A DNA stretch of 64,000 bases, taken from assembly GCA_039028615.1 (NCBI GenBank), contig JBCCHT010000003.1, positions 416,001 through 480,000 of the forward strand, given 5' to 3'. A program made the position numbers and the translations under genes. Every line of letters begins with the position of its first letter. Within the stretch, counting starts at the first letter, position 1. This document shows positions 48,553-58,063 of this stretch, piece after piece. The stretch comes from Myxococcota bacterium (GTDB taxonomy: Bacteria; Myxococcota_A; Polyangia; Nannocystales; Nannocystaceae). Below the pieces are notes generated by a model. That model made no database searches. It saw only the letters and a list, made by a program, of their open reading frames with translations, and was not told where the DNA came from.

Positions 48553-48656
48553 CGCCACGAAGGCTATCAGCTCCGCGCGTCGCGTTCGTTCCCACGAAGG
48601 GACGCCTGACCCGACCTTCGGGCCGGTGCGGGCTCGTTGCGGTGGAACGGCGATTG

Positions 48657-49178
48657 CTAGCCTGGCACGGAGACCTGCACCCGAAGACCCGCACGGACCT
48701 TCAGTGTCCCCAGCATGGCGGTGAAGGGCACGACGCCGAAGTCGGGTTGGTGGAGCTGCAGATCGACGGACCAGCGGCCGTCCTTGCGACGCGCCCACGC
48801 GGTGAGGGGCCGCTGCACGCCGTGCATCTCGAGCGTCCCTTCGACGCGCCGCTCGTCGCCCTCACCCGAGACGGTGCTCGATCGAAACACCACCTCGGGG
48901 TAGCGCCGCGTGTGCAGCACCTTGGTGTTGATGTTGTTTTCGATCTCCCGCTTGTTGCGAGCCGACAGCGTGCCCGGGTCGGGGCGGCCGTTCTTCATGG
49001 CGCAGTCGACTCGTAACGAGGTGGTGTCGAAGCGGGCGGCGACGGCCTCGGTGTCCTCGTCGATCTCGATGGTGAAGCGTTCGACCGAGAGCCGCAGGTC
49101 GTGAGCCACGGCCGAGAGCACACCGTCCTTGAAGGTGAGCACCGAGCACTTCGCATCGGTAGCGTCGAAGCGAGGCAT
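48657..49178 (-). CDS. YceI family lipid/polyisoprenoid-binding protein (no signal peptide)
   Basis: VLHTRRYPEVVFRS, VEGTLEMHGV, QPDFGVVP, LKV. Confidence 0.88.
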   Translation of the reverse strand: MPRFDATDAKCSVLTFKDGVLSAVAHDLRLSVERFTIEIDEDTEAVAARFDTTSLRVDCAMKNGRPDPGTLSARNKREIENNINTKVLHTRRYPEVVFRSSTVSGEGDERRVEGTLEMHGVQRPLTAWARRKDGRWSVDLQLHQPDFGVVPFTAMLGTLKVRAGLRVQVSVPG

Positions 49179-49184
49179 GAAGGG

Positions 49185-50798
49185 CTAGCTCGCGAGCGAG
49201 GGGCTGTGCTCGGTGGCGTCGGTCTGGGCGTAGCGGGCGGCACGGAAGCCGACCAGCATGCTCGGCGCGTTCAGAGCCGACACGGGCGTGAAGGGGATGG
49301 CGGAGGCATCCGCGATGCGGATGTTCTCGGTGCCCCGCAGCCGCAGGCGCTCGTCGCAGGCCGACGTCGGGTCGTCGCCCATCGAGCAGGTACCCGCGAA
49401 GTGATAGGTGGTGATCGCGTTGTTGGCGACCCAGCGAGCGATCTGGGCGTCGGAGCGCACCAGGGGCCCGGGCATGAGCTCGCGGCTGCGCCACGCCCTC
49501 AACCCACCGCTGCGGCTGAGCCGACGCGCGACCTTGATGCCCTCGACCATGGTGGCCATGTCGTCGGGGTGGGAGAAGTACGCGGGATCGATGACCGCCT
49601 GGGCTCGTGGATCGTTCGACTGCAGGCCCAGGCTGCCGCGGCTTCGCGGCTTGCCGAGGATGAGCACGATCCCGTAGAGGTGATCGACGAAGCGACGCAG
49701 CGTGCCGGAGCGGAAGGCCAGGCCCACCGCGTTGCGGACGCCCTGCTTGAGCGGCCCGTCGTAGAGCGAGGGCGGCAAGACCTGCCCCGGGAGCACGCGC
49801 TGGACCGCCTGCTTCATGGCCGAGCGCGCGGGCCAGAACACGTAGCAGGTGTCGCTCTGCCCGGTCGGCAGCGCGGCGGACTCGAGCGTGCGATAAAAGC
49901 TGTAAAGCTGCGGGTAGTTGCTGTCGACCGCTTGCTTCGAGACGAAGAAGAGCGGGACGTTGGGGTGATCGTGCAGGTTCTGGCCGATTGCGTCCTGCTC
50001 GATGAGCGTGGGCAAGCCGTGGGCGCGGAGGGTCTGGCTGGGGCCGACGCCCGAGAGCATGAGCAGCTTGGGGGTCTCGAGCGCCCCGGCACACATCACG
50101 ACCTCGCGGCGGACTTCGGCCCGGCAGCGCACGCCGTCCTGCTCGTACTCCACGGCGACCACGCGGCGCTGTTCGAATACGAGGCGATGCACCAAGGAGC
50201 CCGAGCGCACCACGAGGTTGTCGCGCTGCCCGGCGTCCTTGATGAACGCGACGTAGGAGCTGCGACGGCGGTCGCCCTCGTAGGTCATGGGCTCGTAGCC
50301 GACCACGCCACCGAGGTCACCGTCGCTCATGTCGGTGCTGCGACGAAAGCCACAGGTAGTGGCGGCGGAGATGCAGGCCTCGGTCCAGCGGGTGGCCGGG
50401 CGCGAGCGGGGCCGAAGCTTGGCCTCGATGCGTTCGAAGTCGGGGACCACGTCGTCCCACTGCCACCCGGAGGGCCAGTCGTCGTAGTCGCGGGCGTCGC
50501 CGCGGGTGTAGACCATGCCGTTGACCGAGCCGCTCCCGCCCAGCACGGTGCCCGTCCCCGCGAAGATCCGCTGGCCGCCCGCGTTCTTCTGCGGCGCGGT
50601 GAAGCGCTCCCAGATCACCTCGTCGTTGATGAAGGCGTCCTTGTAGCCATCGGCCGACAGCGTCTCGGGATGCGTCTCGGCACGGGGCCCCGCTTCGAGC
50701 AGCAGCACTCGGCAGTTCGGATCGTCGGCGAGCTGGGCCGCGGCGATGCAGCCCGAAGAGCCGCCGCCGACCACCACGTAGTCGTAGGTCTCGTTCAT
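49185..50798 (-). CDS. GMC family FAD oxidoreductase
   Basis: YDYVVVGGGSSG, LLLEAG, GTVLGGSGSVNGMVYTRG, TPKLLMLSGVG, GQNLHDH, YHFAGTCSMG, ADASAIP...ALNAP; ATG overlaps the upstream TGA (ATGA). Confidence 0.95.
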   Translation of the reverse strand: MNETYDYVVVGGGSSGCIAAAQLADDPNCRVLLLEAGPRAETHPETLSADGYKDAFINDEVIWERFTAPQKNAGGQRIFAGTGTVLGGSGSVNGMVYTRGDARDYDDWPSGWQWDDVVPDFERIEAKLRPRSRPATRWTEACISAATTCGFRRSTDMSDGDLGGVVGYEPMTYEGDRRRSSYVAFIKDAGQRDNLVVRSGSLVHRLVFEQRRVVAVEYEQDGVRCRAEVRREVVMCAGALETPKLLMLSGVGPSQTLRAHGLPTLIEQDAIGQNLHDHPNVPLFFVSKQAVDSNYPQLYSFYRTLESAALPTGQSDTCYVFWPARSAMKQAVQRVLPGQVLPPSLYDGPLKQGVRNAVGLAFRSGTLRRFVDHLYGIVLILGKPRSRGSLGLQSNDPRAQAVIDPAYFSHPDDMATMVEGIKVARRLSRSGGLRAWRSRELMPGPLVRSDAQIARWVANNAITTYHFAGTCSMGDDPTSACDERLRLRGTENIRIADASAIPFTPVSALNAPSMLVGFRAARYAQTDATEHSPSLAS

Positions 50799-52393
50799 TT
50801 GCGTCCCACCAGGCTTCGTACGAGGTCGCCGGCTCCGCTCAGCCTGCGGCGCACGCCGGGGCCGTACACCATCTGCAGCGCGCTCTTGATGCGGCTGAAG
50901 TCTTCGTTGGCCACGGGGAACACTTTGTTGGGGAACCCGAAGGGCAGGCGGTCGTCGAGGACGGCCTTGACGTTGCAGCACGCCCGCAGGCCCTCGCGGC
51001 CGTTGATGCGCCCGAAGCCGGACTCCTTGACGCCGCCGAAGGTCAGGCCCTGGACCATGTAGGTCATGGCCCCGAAGTCGTTGATCGCGGTCATGCCCGC
51101 CTGCAGGCGGTCACCGATGGCGCGGGCCCGATCGCGGTCGCGGCTGAAGACGGAAGACGACAGGCCGTAGCTGGTGGCGTTGGCCACTTGCACCGCCTCG
51201 TGCTCGTCGTTGACCCGGCACAGGAGCATGACGGGGCCGAAGGTCTCCTCGTGCATGATCTCCATGTCGGGGGTGACGTCGGCCAGCACGGTGGGGGCGA
51301 AGAACTCGCCTTCGTCGGCGAGGGTCCGGGTGCCGCCTTGCACCACGCGGGCCCCTTGCTCCACCGCCCGCGAGACCAGGCCTTCGACGATCTCGCGCTG
51401 CATCGGGGTGACCATGGCCCCGACGTCGACGCGCTCGGCACCGTGCGGGTTGCCCTGGCGAAGCTCGGCCGTCAGCTGGCCGACCCGGGCCTCGAACTGG
51501 TCGTAGATCGAGTCGAAGACGAGGATGCGCTCCGAGGCCACGCAGTTCTGACCGGCGGAGAAGAAGCAGCTGTTGATCGTCGCGTAGGCGGTCTGCTCGA
51601 GGTTGGCGTCGTCGCAGACGATGAGCGGATCCTTGCCGCCCAGCTCGAGGATGACCGGGGTGATGTTCTTGGCCGCGGCCTCGAGCACGCGCCGCCCGTT
51701 GCCCACCGAGCCGATGAAGATCAGCGAGTCCACCCCCCCTTCGACCAGCGCCTGGCCGGTCTCACCGTAGCCCTGCACCACCTGCACCAGCTCGGGCGAT
51801 TGCCCCTCGGCCTCGAGCGCGTCGGCGACGATCTGGATGAAGGGGCGGGCCGACCACGCGACCCACTCGGAGGGCTTGACCACGTACCCGTTGCCGGCCA
51901 TCAGCGCCGGGATGAGCGGGTTCATGACGTTCTGAAAGGGGTAGTTCCACGGGGTGATGGCCCCGATGACCCCGAGCGGCCGGTACTCGAGTCGCGCTTT
52001 CTTGTGCTTGAGCAGACCCGACGAGACGGGCTCCGGTCGCAGGTGGCGGGGCCCCTGCGAGGCGGTCCAGCGCAGCTTCTCGAGCACCATCCAGACCTCG
52101 CCCATCAGGGCGTTCTCGCGGGTCTTGCCCGAGTCGCGCACGACCAGGTCGACCAGCTCGTCCATGCGATCGACGATGCTGGTGATGATCCGTCGGAACA
52201 CGCGACGGCGCAGGGCGAAGTCGGTCTCGGCCCAGCCGATCTGCGCCTCGCGGGCGCGGGCGATGGCGCGACGCACGTCGTCGGGGCTGTCGATGGGCAC
52301 GGCGCCCAGCGGCTCGCGGGTGGCCGGATCGAAGCAGCGAATGAGCCCCGGCTCGGCGCGGAGGTTCAGCACGGGAGGATTGGGGGCGTTCAT
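50795..52393 (-). CDS. Aldehyde dehydrogenase (Msc7/ALDH22-like subgroup)
   Basis: ITPWNYPF, KPSE, FIGS, LELGGKDP, AGQNCVA (catalytic Cys), EETFGP, FGGVKESGFGR; ATGA overlap with the Rieske gene stop. Confidence 0.95.
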   Translation of the reverse strand: MNAPNPPVLNLRAEPGLIRCFDPATREPLGAVPIDSPDDVRRAIARAREAQIGWAETDFALRRRVFRRIITSIVDRMDELVDLVVRDSGKTRENALMGEVWMVLEKLRWTASQGPRHLRPEPVSSGLLKHKKARLEYRPLGVIGAITPWNYPFQNVMNPLIPALMAGNGYVVKPSEWVAWSARPFIQIVADALEAEGQSPELVQVVQGYGETGQALVEGGVDSLIFIGSVGNGRRVLEAAAKNITPVILELGGKDPLIVCDDANLEQTAYATINSCFFSAGQNCVASERILVFDSIYDQFEARVGQLTAELRQGNPHGAERVDVGAMVTPMQREIVEGLVSRAVEQGARVVQGGTRTLADEGEFFAPTVLADVTPDMEIMHEETFGPVMLLCRVNDEHEAVQVANATSYGLSSSVFSRDRDRARAIGDRLQAGMTAINDFGAMTYMVQGLTFGGVKESGFGRINGREGLRACCNVKAVLDDRLPFGFPNKVFPVANEDFSRIKSALQMVYGPGVRRRLSGAGDLVRSLVGRK

Positions 52394-53532
52394 CGGCTCA
52401 GGTTCTCCTGGGGCACGAGCGGCGCCTTGCGGCGCTTGCTGGTCTTGCCCGTGCGCTCGAGGTACTCGCTCCACTTGCGGATCGACAGGTCTTGGAAGGC
52501 CTTGACCACGGGGGACAGCTCGGGCCCGGGCTTGTCCCAGTGGCGTTCCCAGCCCTGCTGCTCGTGCCCGATGACCCAGACGTCTTGGCTGAGCAGGGGC
52601 TTGAGCGTCGTCAGGCGGGTCATCTTCATCATCTTGTCTGCGATGAAGCGCGGAACGGGGCCGAGGCCGGGCAGGCGAATCGTGCCCGGCCGCAGGTAGA
52701 AGATGAAGATGTGCCGATTCGACGACTCGTCCATCGGCAGCGTGAACAAGAAGTGCTTGATGCGGTCGTCGGTATTCGACCAGTGGTAGGGGTAGTCGTA
52801 GCAGGCGAGCATGTGGTCGCAGCCGCTGTCGCCCCGCTCGACGAACATGTCTTGCAGGCGCCCGGCCGCGATCTTCGAGTCGTACTCGAGCTCGACCCGA
52901 TCGCCGATCTCTTCGATGCGCCGCAGGTCGGTGCCCTCGAAGGGCTGGAACTTGCGGTGCAGGAACCCGTGGGTGAAGTCCGAGACGTTCTCCAGCAGCA
53001 TCGAGTGGTGGCCGGGGCAATCGAACTGGACGATCGCGTGCGGCCACGGGCGCGGGCCCTCGAGCTCGGGGATGGAGGGGATGTCGCGGGTCTTGGCGAC
53101 CTCGGGATCGCCGGGAAAGATGAAGACCAGGCCGTAGCGCTCGCGGACGGGGACCGACGCGATGCGAACGTTGGGCTCCTTGCGGCCGAACAGGTCGTGG
53201 TCGATCTTGCCGCGCCCCTGCCCGTCGTAGGACCAGCCGTGATAGGGGCAGACCAGGCGGCAGCCGACGACCTCGCCCTCGGTCAGCCGCACGTGACGGT
53301 GGGCGCAGCGGTTCTCGACCGCGTTGAGCCGCCCGTCTTCTCCCCGGAACACGGCGATCGATCGGCCGAGGAATTTCGTCTCGAAGTGCTGGCCCTTGCC
53401 CACGTTCTTCGACTGCTCGACCGCGTACCAGTAGTCGGGATCGAGCCCCGCCGCGCGTGCCTTCTGACGGCGGGTGCGGGCCTCCTCGAACGTGGGGGGC
53501 GGGCCAGGGGCGTGGCCGGAGAGGTCGGTCAT
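52390..53532 (-). CDS. Rieske non-heme iron oxygenase, SdmA-like
   Basis: Rieske CAHR...CPYHGW; mononuclear site ENVSDFTHGFLH and distal QD. RRQKARAAG..YWY, IPELEGPRPWP, YDYPY and EQQGWERH...ELSP..FQDLS..KW resemble Methylococcus SdmA as I recall it. Confidence 0.9.
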   Translation of the reverse strand: MTDLSGHAPGPPPTFEEARTRRQKARAAGLDPDYWYAVEQSKNVGKGQHFETKFLGRSIAVFRGEDGRLNAVENRCAHRHVRLTEGEVVGCRLVCPYHGWSYDGQGRGKIDHDLFGRKEPNVRIASVPVRERYGLVFIFPGDPEVAKTRDIPSIPELEGPRPWPHAIVQFDCPGHHSMLLENVSDFTHGFLHRKFQPFEGTDLRRIEEIGDRVELEYDSKIAAGRLQDMFVERGDSGCDHMLACYDYPYHWSNTDDRIKHFLFTLPMDESSNRHIFIFYLRPGTIRLPGLGPVPRFIADKMMKMTRLTTLKPLLSQDVWVIGHEQQGWERHWDKPGPELSPVVKAFQDLSIRKWSEYLERTGKTSKRRKAPLVPQENLSR

Positions 53533-53573
53533 GGCGAGGGCTCCATGCAGAGGACGCGCGGTCCGCGGATTGA

Positions 53574-53595
53574 AAACAGAATTGAGATTCTGTTT
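53574..53595. promoter_or_regulatory. Palindromic TetR-type operator between the Rieske operon and tetR
   Basis: AAACAGAAT-tgag-ATTCTGTTT; overlaps a possible TTGAGA-N16-TACTAT promoter for tetR. Confidence 0.75.
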
Positions 53596-53624
53596 GGCTA
53601 AGCTACTATTCTGCCCCACAGGCC

Positions 53625-54299
53625 ATGTCAAGCGACGCTGCGCACCATGCCGACAATCCCCGCGAGCGCCTCAAGCAGGCCCGGCGGGCGCTCTATCGCG
53701 AGGCGATCATCGATGCGTCGGAGCGGATCTTTGCCGAGCACGGCTACGACGCGGCCAAGGTGCAGGCCATCGCGAAGGCGGCCGGGGTCTCGCTCGCAAC
53801 CTTCTATGCCGTGTTCCCCAAGAAGTGGGATGCGTTCCGAGCGGTGCAGGCCGATCGTCTCGCATCGTTGATGCAGCGCGTCGGCACCGAGGTGCTCGCG
53901 GCCGACGATGCCTTCGGTCGACTGCGGGCCGGGCTCGAGGGCTACCTGCGCTTCCACATGGAGCACCCCGAGTTCTTGCGCATGCAGCTGCGCGAGCGGG
54001 TGCCCTGGGGCACGACCGACGAGCTGCGCACGCCCGAGCAAACGCGGGCGTGGGAGGCCGGCCTACAGATGCTCATCGCCGCGTTGAAGGAAGGCATGGC
54101 CGAGGGTTCCTTTCGCGAGGACGACCCCGAGCTGTGTGCTCGAACCGCGACTGCGATGAGCCAGGTTCGACTCGCGCTGTGGGAAGGGCGAGGGATGAAC
54201 GAGTCGCCCGACGCGGTCGCTCGCGAAGCCATGCTCCAGCTGGTGCGGACCTTCGCGGCCGCGGACCGAGTGCACGGGTTGTCGCAGCGCATCGGCTGA
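53625..54299 (+). CDS. TetR/AcrR family transcriptional regulator
   Basis: REAIIDASERIFAEHGYDAAKVQAIAKAAGVSLATFYAVFPKK. Confidence 0.95.
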   Translation: MSSDAAHHADNPRERLKQARRALYREAIIDASERIFAEHGYDAAKVQAIAKAAGVSLATFYAVFPKKWDAFRAVQADRLASLMQRVGTEVLAADDAFGRLRAGLEGYLRFHMEHPEFLRMQLRERVPWGTTDELRTPEQTRAWEAGLQMLIAALKEGMAEGSFREDDPELCARTATAMSQVRLALWEGRGMNESPDAVAREAMLQLVRTFAAADRVHGLSQRIG

Positions 54300-54508
54300 C
54301 GCTCGTCGCCCGCTTCACCGACCATCGCCGTCGTCCTTGGACACCCGCGGGGCCCGCCGTGCGCCCGGTGGTAATGCCGATTTAATAGGCGACGTTGCGC
54401 TTTGTACCGGAATGTCGGGGGTATCCCGGTGTCGGACTGTGTAGGAAGACGACGCACTCCGCGAGGCGCTCGGGCGTCACGCCGAGACGGCGACGAAGGG
54501 GGACGACG

Positions 54509-55906
54509 ATGGTCGCGAAACGACTTCAGAACGCAGTTTGGGGGCTGGGACTGGGCGTGTGCGTGGGGTTGGGAGGCGCCTGCGACGCGCCGCACGATCT
54601 CGATCCCGAGCCGATCGAGGCGCCCGAAGATCCGCTGGCCGGAGGCAAGGGGGACGATCTCAACTCGTCCACGGTCACCGACCCGGGCGCGCTTCGTTGG
54701 TCGGCAATCGCCCAGGTCCGTGGCGAGCCGGTCGGCGCTCCGTTGTTCGTGAGCAACAACCCCGAGCATGTCGAGGGCTTCGGGATCCTGGCCGGCGTGC
54801 CCTACCCCGGCCTGTCGCTGCGTGGGGCCCAGCGCGCGCCCGATGCCCCCGAGGCGCAGTGGTCACGGCAGATCGTCGACGAGCGCTGCCCGGATGGCGG
54901 CGCCCAGGAGTTCGGGGTGTACCTCGCTCATATCCTGCCCGCCGATCTCGGCAGCGGTCGGCGAATCACGCTGGGCCTGGTCGCCGAGGACGACGCGACC
55001 ATCACCGTCCGCGGCAAGATGGGCACCACGGACTGGTCGAGCGGAGGGCAGCTTCTCACCACCGAGACCACCTGGCTGGGAGCCCAGCTCGCCCGCTCGT
55101 TCTTCTTCGATCACGACGCGCCCGAGCGCACCTTCGAGGCCGAGGCCGGCAAGTTCGTCGAGGTCGACGTGCAGATGGCCGCATCGCTGGTCGAAGGTCG
55201 CTATCACGTCGAGAGCGACACCTGCCTCTACCCCTTCACCATCGCGCACGGCCGTGGCCTGGGTGGTCACCTGCCCCGTCACTACGCCAAGGGGGATGTG
55301 AAGTGGCCCGGTTGGTACGAGGGAAGCGGCTACGGGCGTGCAGCCGGGGTCTACGAGGCCGATCACTTCAGCGGGGAGCAGGCGGTGATCGTCGACGAGG
55401 TGCCCTCGGTGCAGGGCGTGGGCCTGCTGACCCCCGACGACTCGTTCCCCGCGCTCGCGCGGCACGAAGACTCGGCCGAGCTGCTCTTCGGCAACTACGG
55501 CGTGCTCTACGATCACACGCTGAACCTGGTCAACGACACGGAGGCGTGCATCGAGGCAAACGTCGAGCTGGTCTCGTACATCGATCGCAACGCCACGCCG
55601 GGCCGCACCCCGACGGTGGGCTTTTTCGAGGACACGGCGGACGCCTATACGCCCTCGATGTTCTGGAACGGCCCGGTGCGCGTGGGGACGGCACGAGGTC
55701 AGCAGCTGCATCACCCCGTGCTGCACTACGCTCCGACCGAGGCCGAGCGTGCGGAACGGAATCGAGCCGTGGCCAGCATGCGGCACAGCCTGCTGAAGGT
55801 CGAGCTGGCGGCGGGGCAGGTCTTCGACGTGGAGGTCGAGCTGCCCGTGCCGGGATACATCGTGGCTCCGATCGCACTGACCGTGCACGCGCAGCCCTGC
55901 GGCTGA
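54509..55906 (+). CDS. Hypothetical lipoprotein, DUF3370-like
   Basis: Lipobox LGGAC; myxobacterial GGKGD motif; LFVSNNPE...GIL and GNYGVLYD motifs. Confidence 0.65.
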   Translation: MVAKRLQNAVWGLGLGVCVGLGGACDAPHDLDPEPIEAPEDPLAGGKGDDLNSSTVTDPGALRWSAIAQVRGEPVGAPLFVSNNPEHVEGFGILAGVPYPGLSLRGAQRAPDAPEAQWSRQIVDERCPDGGAQEFGVYLAHILPADLGSGRRITLGLVAEDDATITVRGKMGTTDWSSGGQLLTTETTWLGAQLARSFFFDHDAPERTFEAEAGKFVEVDVQMAASLVEGRYHVESDTCLYPFTIAHGRGLGGHLPRHYAKGDVKWPGWYEGSGYGRAAGVYEADHFSGEQAVIVDEVPSVQGVGLLTPDDSFPALARHEDSAELLFGNYGVLYDHTLNLVNDTEACIEANVELVSYIDRNATPGRTPTVGFFEDTADAYTPSMFWNGPVRVGTARGQQLHHPVLHYAPTEAERAERNRAVASMRHSLLKVELAAGQVFDVEVELPVPGYIVAPIALTVHAQPCG

Positions 55907-55918
55907 GTCGCGTCGGCT

Positions 55919-58027
55919 TCAACGCCCGAGCGCGGGATGGCCTCGCCCCAAGTGGGCGAGTGCGTCTTGCTCGGCCGTCTTTCGCAGGGCGGCGGCGGCC
56001 TCTTCGTTGCCCTGCTCCTGCTCGAGGTTGGCCAAGAGCTCTCGGGCCTCGAAGACCCACGCCGCCGCGGAGACGTCGACCTCCTGCTCGAGTCCGCGGC
56101 GCAGGGCGCTGGCCGCCTGCTCGGCGTTCCCGTTGACCAGCGCGTGCCGAGCCAGCTCGAGCTGGAGTCGTAGGCGAAGCTGGGCCGGGACGTCGGACCG
56201 CGTCGAGTGTTCGCGGGCGATGCGAGTCCACAGCATGGTATCGGCGGGCGGCTGGCTCACGCTTCGCGAGAGCTTCAACAGGGCGATGGCCGCATGGGCG
56301 GTGAGCCGCGGTCGGTTCATCGACTCGCCCGACCACAGCGCCTCGGTCAGCGCGGGCTCGGCTTCCGGCAGCTGTCCCGTGCGCTGCGCGAGCAGGCCCA
56401 AGGCCACCGCTGCATCGAGCCGCAGCGGGGTGTCCCCCTCGTCGTTGGCCCGGGCGTGGGCCCGACGGGCGTGCTCGAGCGCGCGCGCGTCGTCGCCGAG
56501 CAGCTGCCACTTCCACGCCTGCTCGAGTTCGATCCGCGCTGGGCTACCGAGGCCCTCTCGGCATGCGCCCGGCCCCGGCCAGTGCCGCAGCTGCTCCGCG
56601 GTATGCAGCAGGCCCGGTCCATCGGCGGTGGTGGTGGCACCGACGATCGCTTCGAAAGCCTCGAGGGTCCGGCCCAGACAGGCGGTGGTGGCGTGGTCGA
56701 CGTCGGCCCGGCACGCCGAGCGCTCGAGCGCTCGACCTTCGGCCGCGTGTTGGTCGAACCCGGCGATGGCCCGCTCCGTGGCTCGGCTGACGTAGACCTG
56801 CGGGTCCTGGCCGGCGTGGTCTCGCAGGGCGCGGCGCTGGTCCGGCCCCCAGGCGGCGCTCCACGCCGTCGCGTCGCAGTCGTCGGTAGAGCGTGCGGCC
56901 AGCCACCCCGCAGCGCCCAGGGCGAGCCCGAGCCCGAGCCCGACGGCGATCGTTCGCTTGTGCCGGACGAGCCGATACTTCGTCGGGTGCTCGAGAGCGT
57001 CGAGCAGTGCGTCCATCGATTCGAAGCGCTCGAAGGGTCGAGCCGAGAGCCCGCGGCGGAGGATGGGGTAGCACCAGCTGGGCGCGTCGGTGTCGTGCGG
57101 GGGAGGGAGCGGGGCGCCGTTGCGTTCGAGACGCCGCAGCTCGGCCTCGGTCTGCGCGATGAAGGGGCGGTGGCGGTAGCAGGCCTCGTAGAGCATCAAG
57201 CAGAACGAGTACTGGTCGCTGCGCGCGGTGGCGGCGATGCGGTCGCGCTGCTCGGGCGCCATATAGGCGGGCGTGCCCACCAGCGCTCCCGTGACGGTGA
57301 GGTTGGCGTCGATCGGTCGCGCGAGTTCTTGGAGCCGTTGCTTGGCCCCGGTGGACATGCGCAGCGACGACTCCGAGCCGTGGGGGGCGACCTGCCGCAC
57401 CAGCCCGAAGTCGACGACGCATACGTGGCCATCGGTGCCGATCATGACGTTGGCCGGCTTGAAGTCGCGGTGCACGAGCTTGCGCGCATGCGCGGCGGCG
57501 AGACCTCGCCCCGCGGCGATGAACACGTCGCGGATCTCTGGCCAGCTGCGGTGGCGTCGACGCAGCCAGCGATCGAGGCTCCGCCCCTCGAGCAGCTCGG
57601 TGGCGAGATACACCCCGGGGACGTGCGTCATACCTTCGTCGTCGCGGCGCATGCCGAAGCGTCGGGCAGGGGAGGGGTCGAAGACGGCGGGGTCGTAGGT
57701 CCCGACATCGAACACACGCAGCACGTTCGGGTGCGAGAGCTTGGCGAGCGCCTGCGCCTCGCGCAGCAAGCGATCGCGGGCGGCCTCGTAGCGACCGGCG
57801 TCGACCGCATGCAACAGCTTCAGGGCGACGCGGCGATCGTTCTTGGGGTCGAAGGCGCGATAGACCACGCCGCTGCTGCCCGCGCCGATGCGTTTTTCGA
57901 CCACGTAGCGCCCGAGCTGGACCGCATCGCGCGACTGACCCTTGGCCCGAGGTCGGGCGGGGGCGTGGTCGGAGGCCGCGCGTAGCCACTCGTCGAGGGC
58001 ACGCGACGGTGGCTCGGGCGATGCCAC
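55919..58027 (-). CDS. Ser/Thr protein kinase with TM segment and short TPR-like C-terminus
   Basis: IGAGSSGVVY, VALKLL, VHRDFKPAN, VVDFGL, GTPAYMAPEQ; paralogous architecture to 7738..10707. Confidence 0.93.
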   Translation of the reverse strand: MASPEPPSRALDEWLRAASDHAPARPRAKGQSRDAVQLGRYVVEKRIGAGSSGVVYRAFDPKNDRRVALKLLHAVDAGRYEAARDRLLREAQALAKLSHPNVLRVFDVGTYDPAVFDPSPARRFGMRRDDEGMTHVPGVYLATELLEGRSLDRWLRRRHRSWPEIRDVFIAAGRGLAAAHARKLVHRDFKPANVMIGTDGHVCVVDFGLVRQVAPHGSESSLRMSTGAKQRLQELARPIDANLTVTGALVGTPAYMAPEQRDRIAATARSDQYSFCLMLYEACYRHRPFIAQTEAELRRLERNGAPLPPPHDTDAPSWCYPILRRGLSARPFERFESMDALLDALEHPTKYRLVRHKRTIAVGLGLGLALGAAGWLAARSTDDCDATAWSAAWGPDQRRALRDHAGQDPQVYVSRATERAIAGFDQHAAEGRALERSACRADVDHATTACLGRTLEAFEAIVGATTTADGPGLLHTAEQLRHWPGPGACREGLGSPARIELEQAWKWQLLGDDARALEHARRAHARANDEGDTPLRLDAAVALGLLAQRTGQLPEAEPALTEALWSGESMNRPRLTAHAAIALLKLSRSVSQPPADTMLWTRIAREHSTRSDVPAQLRLRLQLELARHALVNGNAEQAASALRRGLEQEVDVSAAAWVFEARELLANLEQEQGNEEAAAALRKTAEQDALAHLGRGHPALGR

Positions 58028-58063
58028 CTCACGAGTGTAGCGCGGGCCCTTCGGGGGGACGAT

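Noticed and set aside
50795..53047. 750-aa ORF suggesting an N-terminally extended ALDH
   Set aside because: The first ~218 codons overlap the Rieske gene in another frame; the real start is the ATG at 52393 coupled to the Rieske stop.
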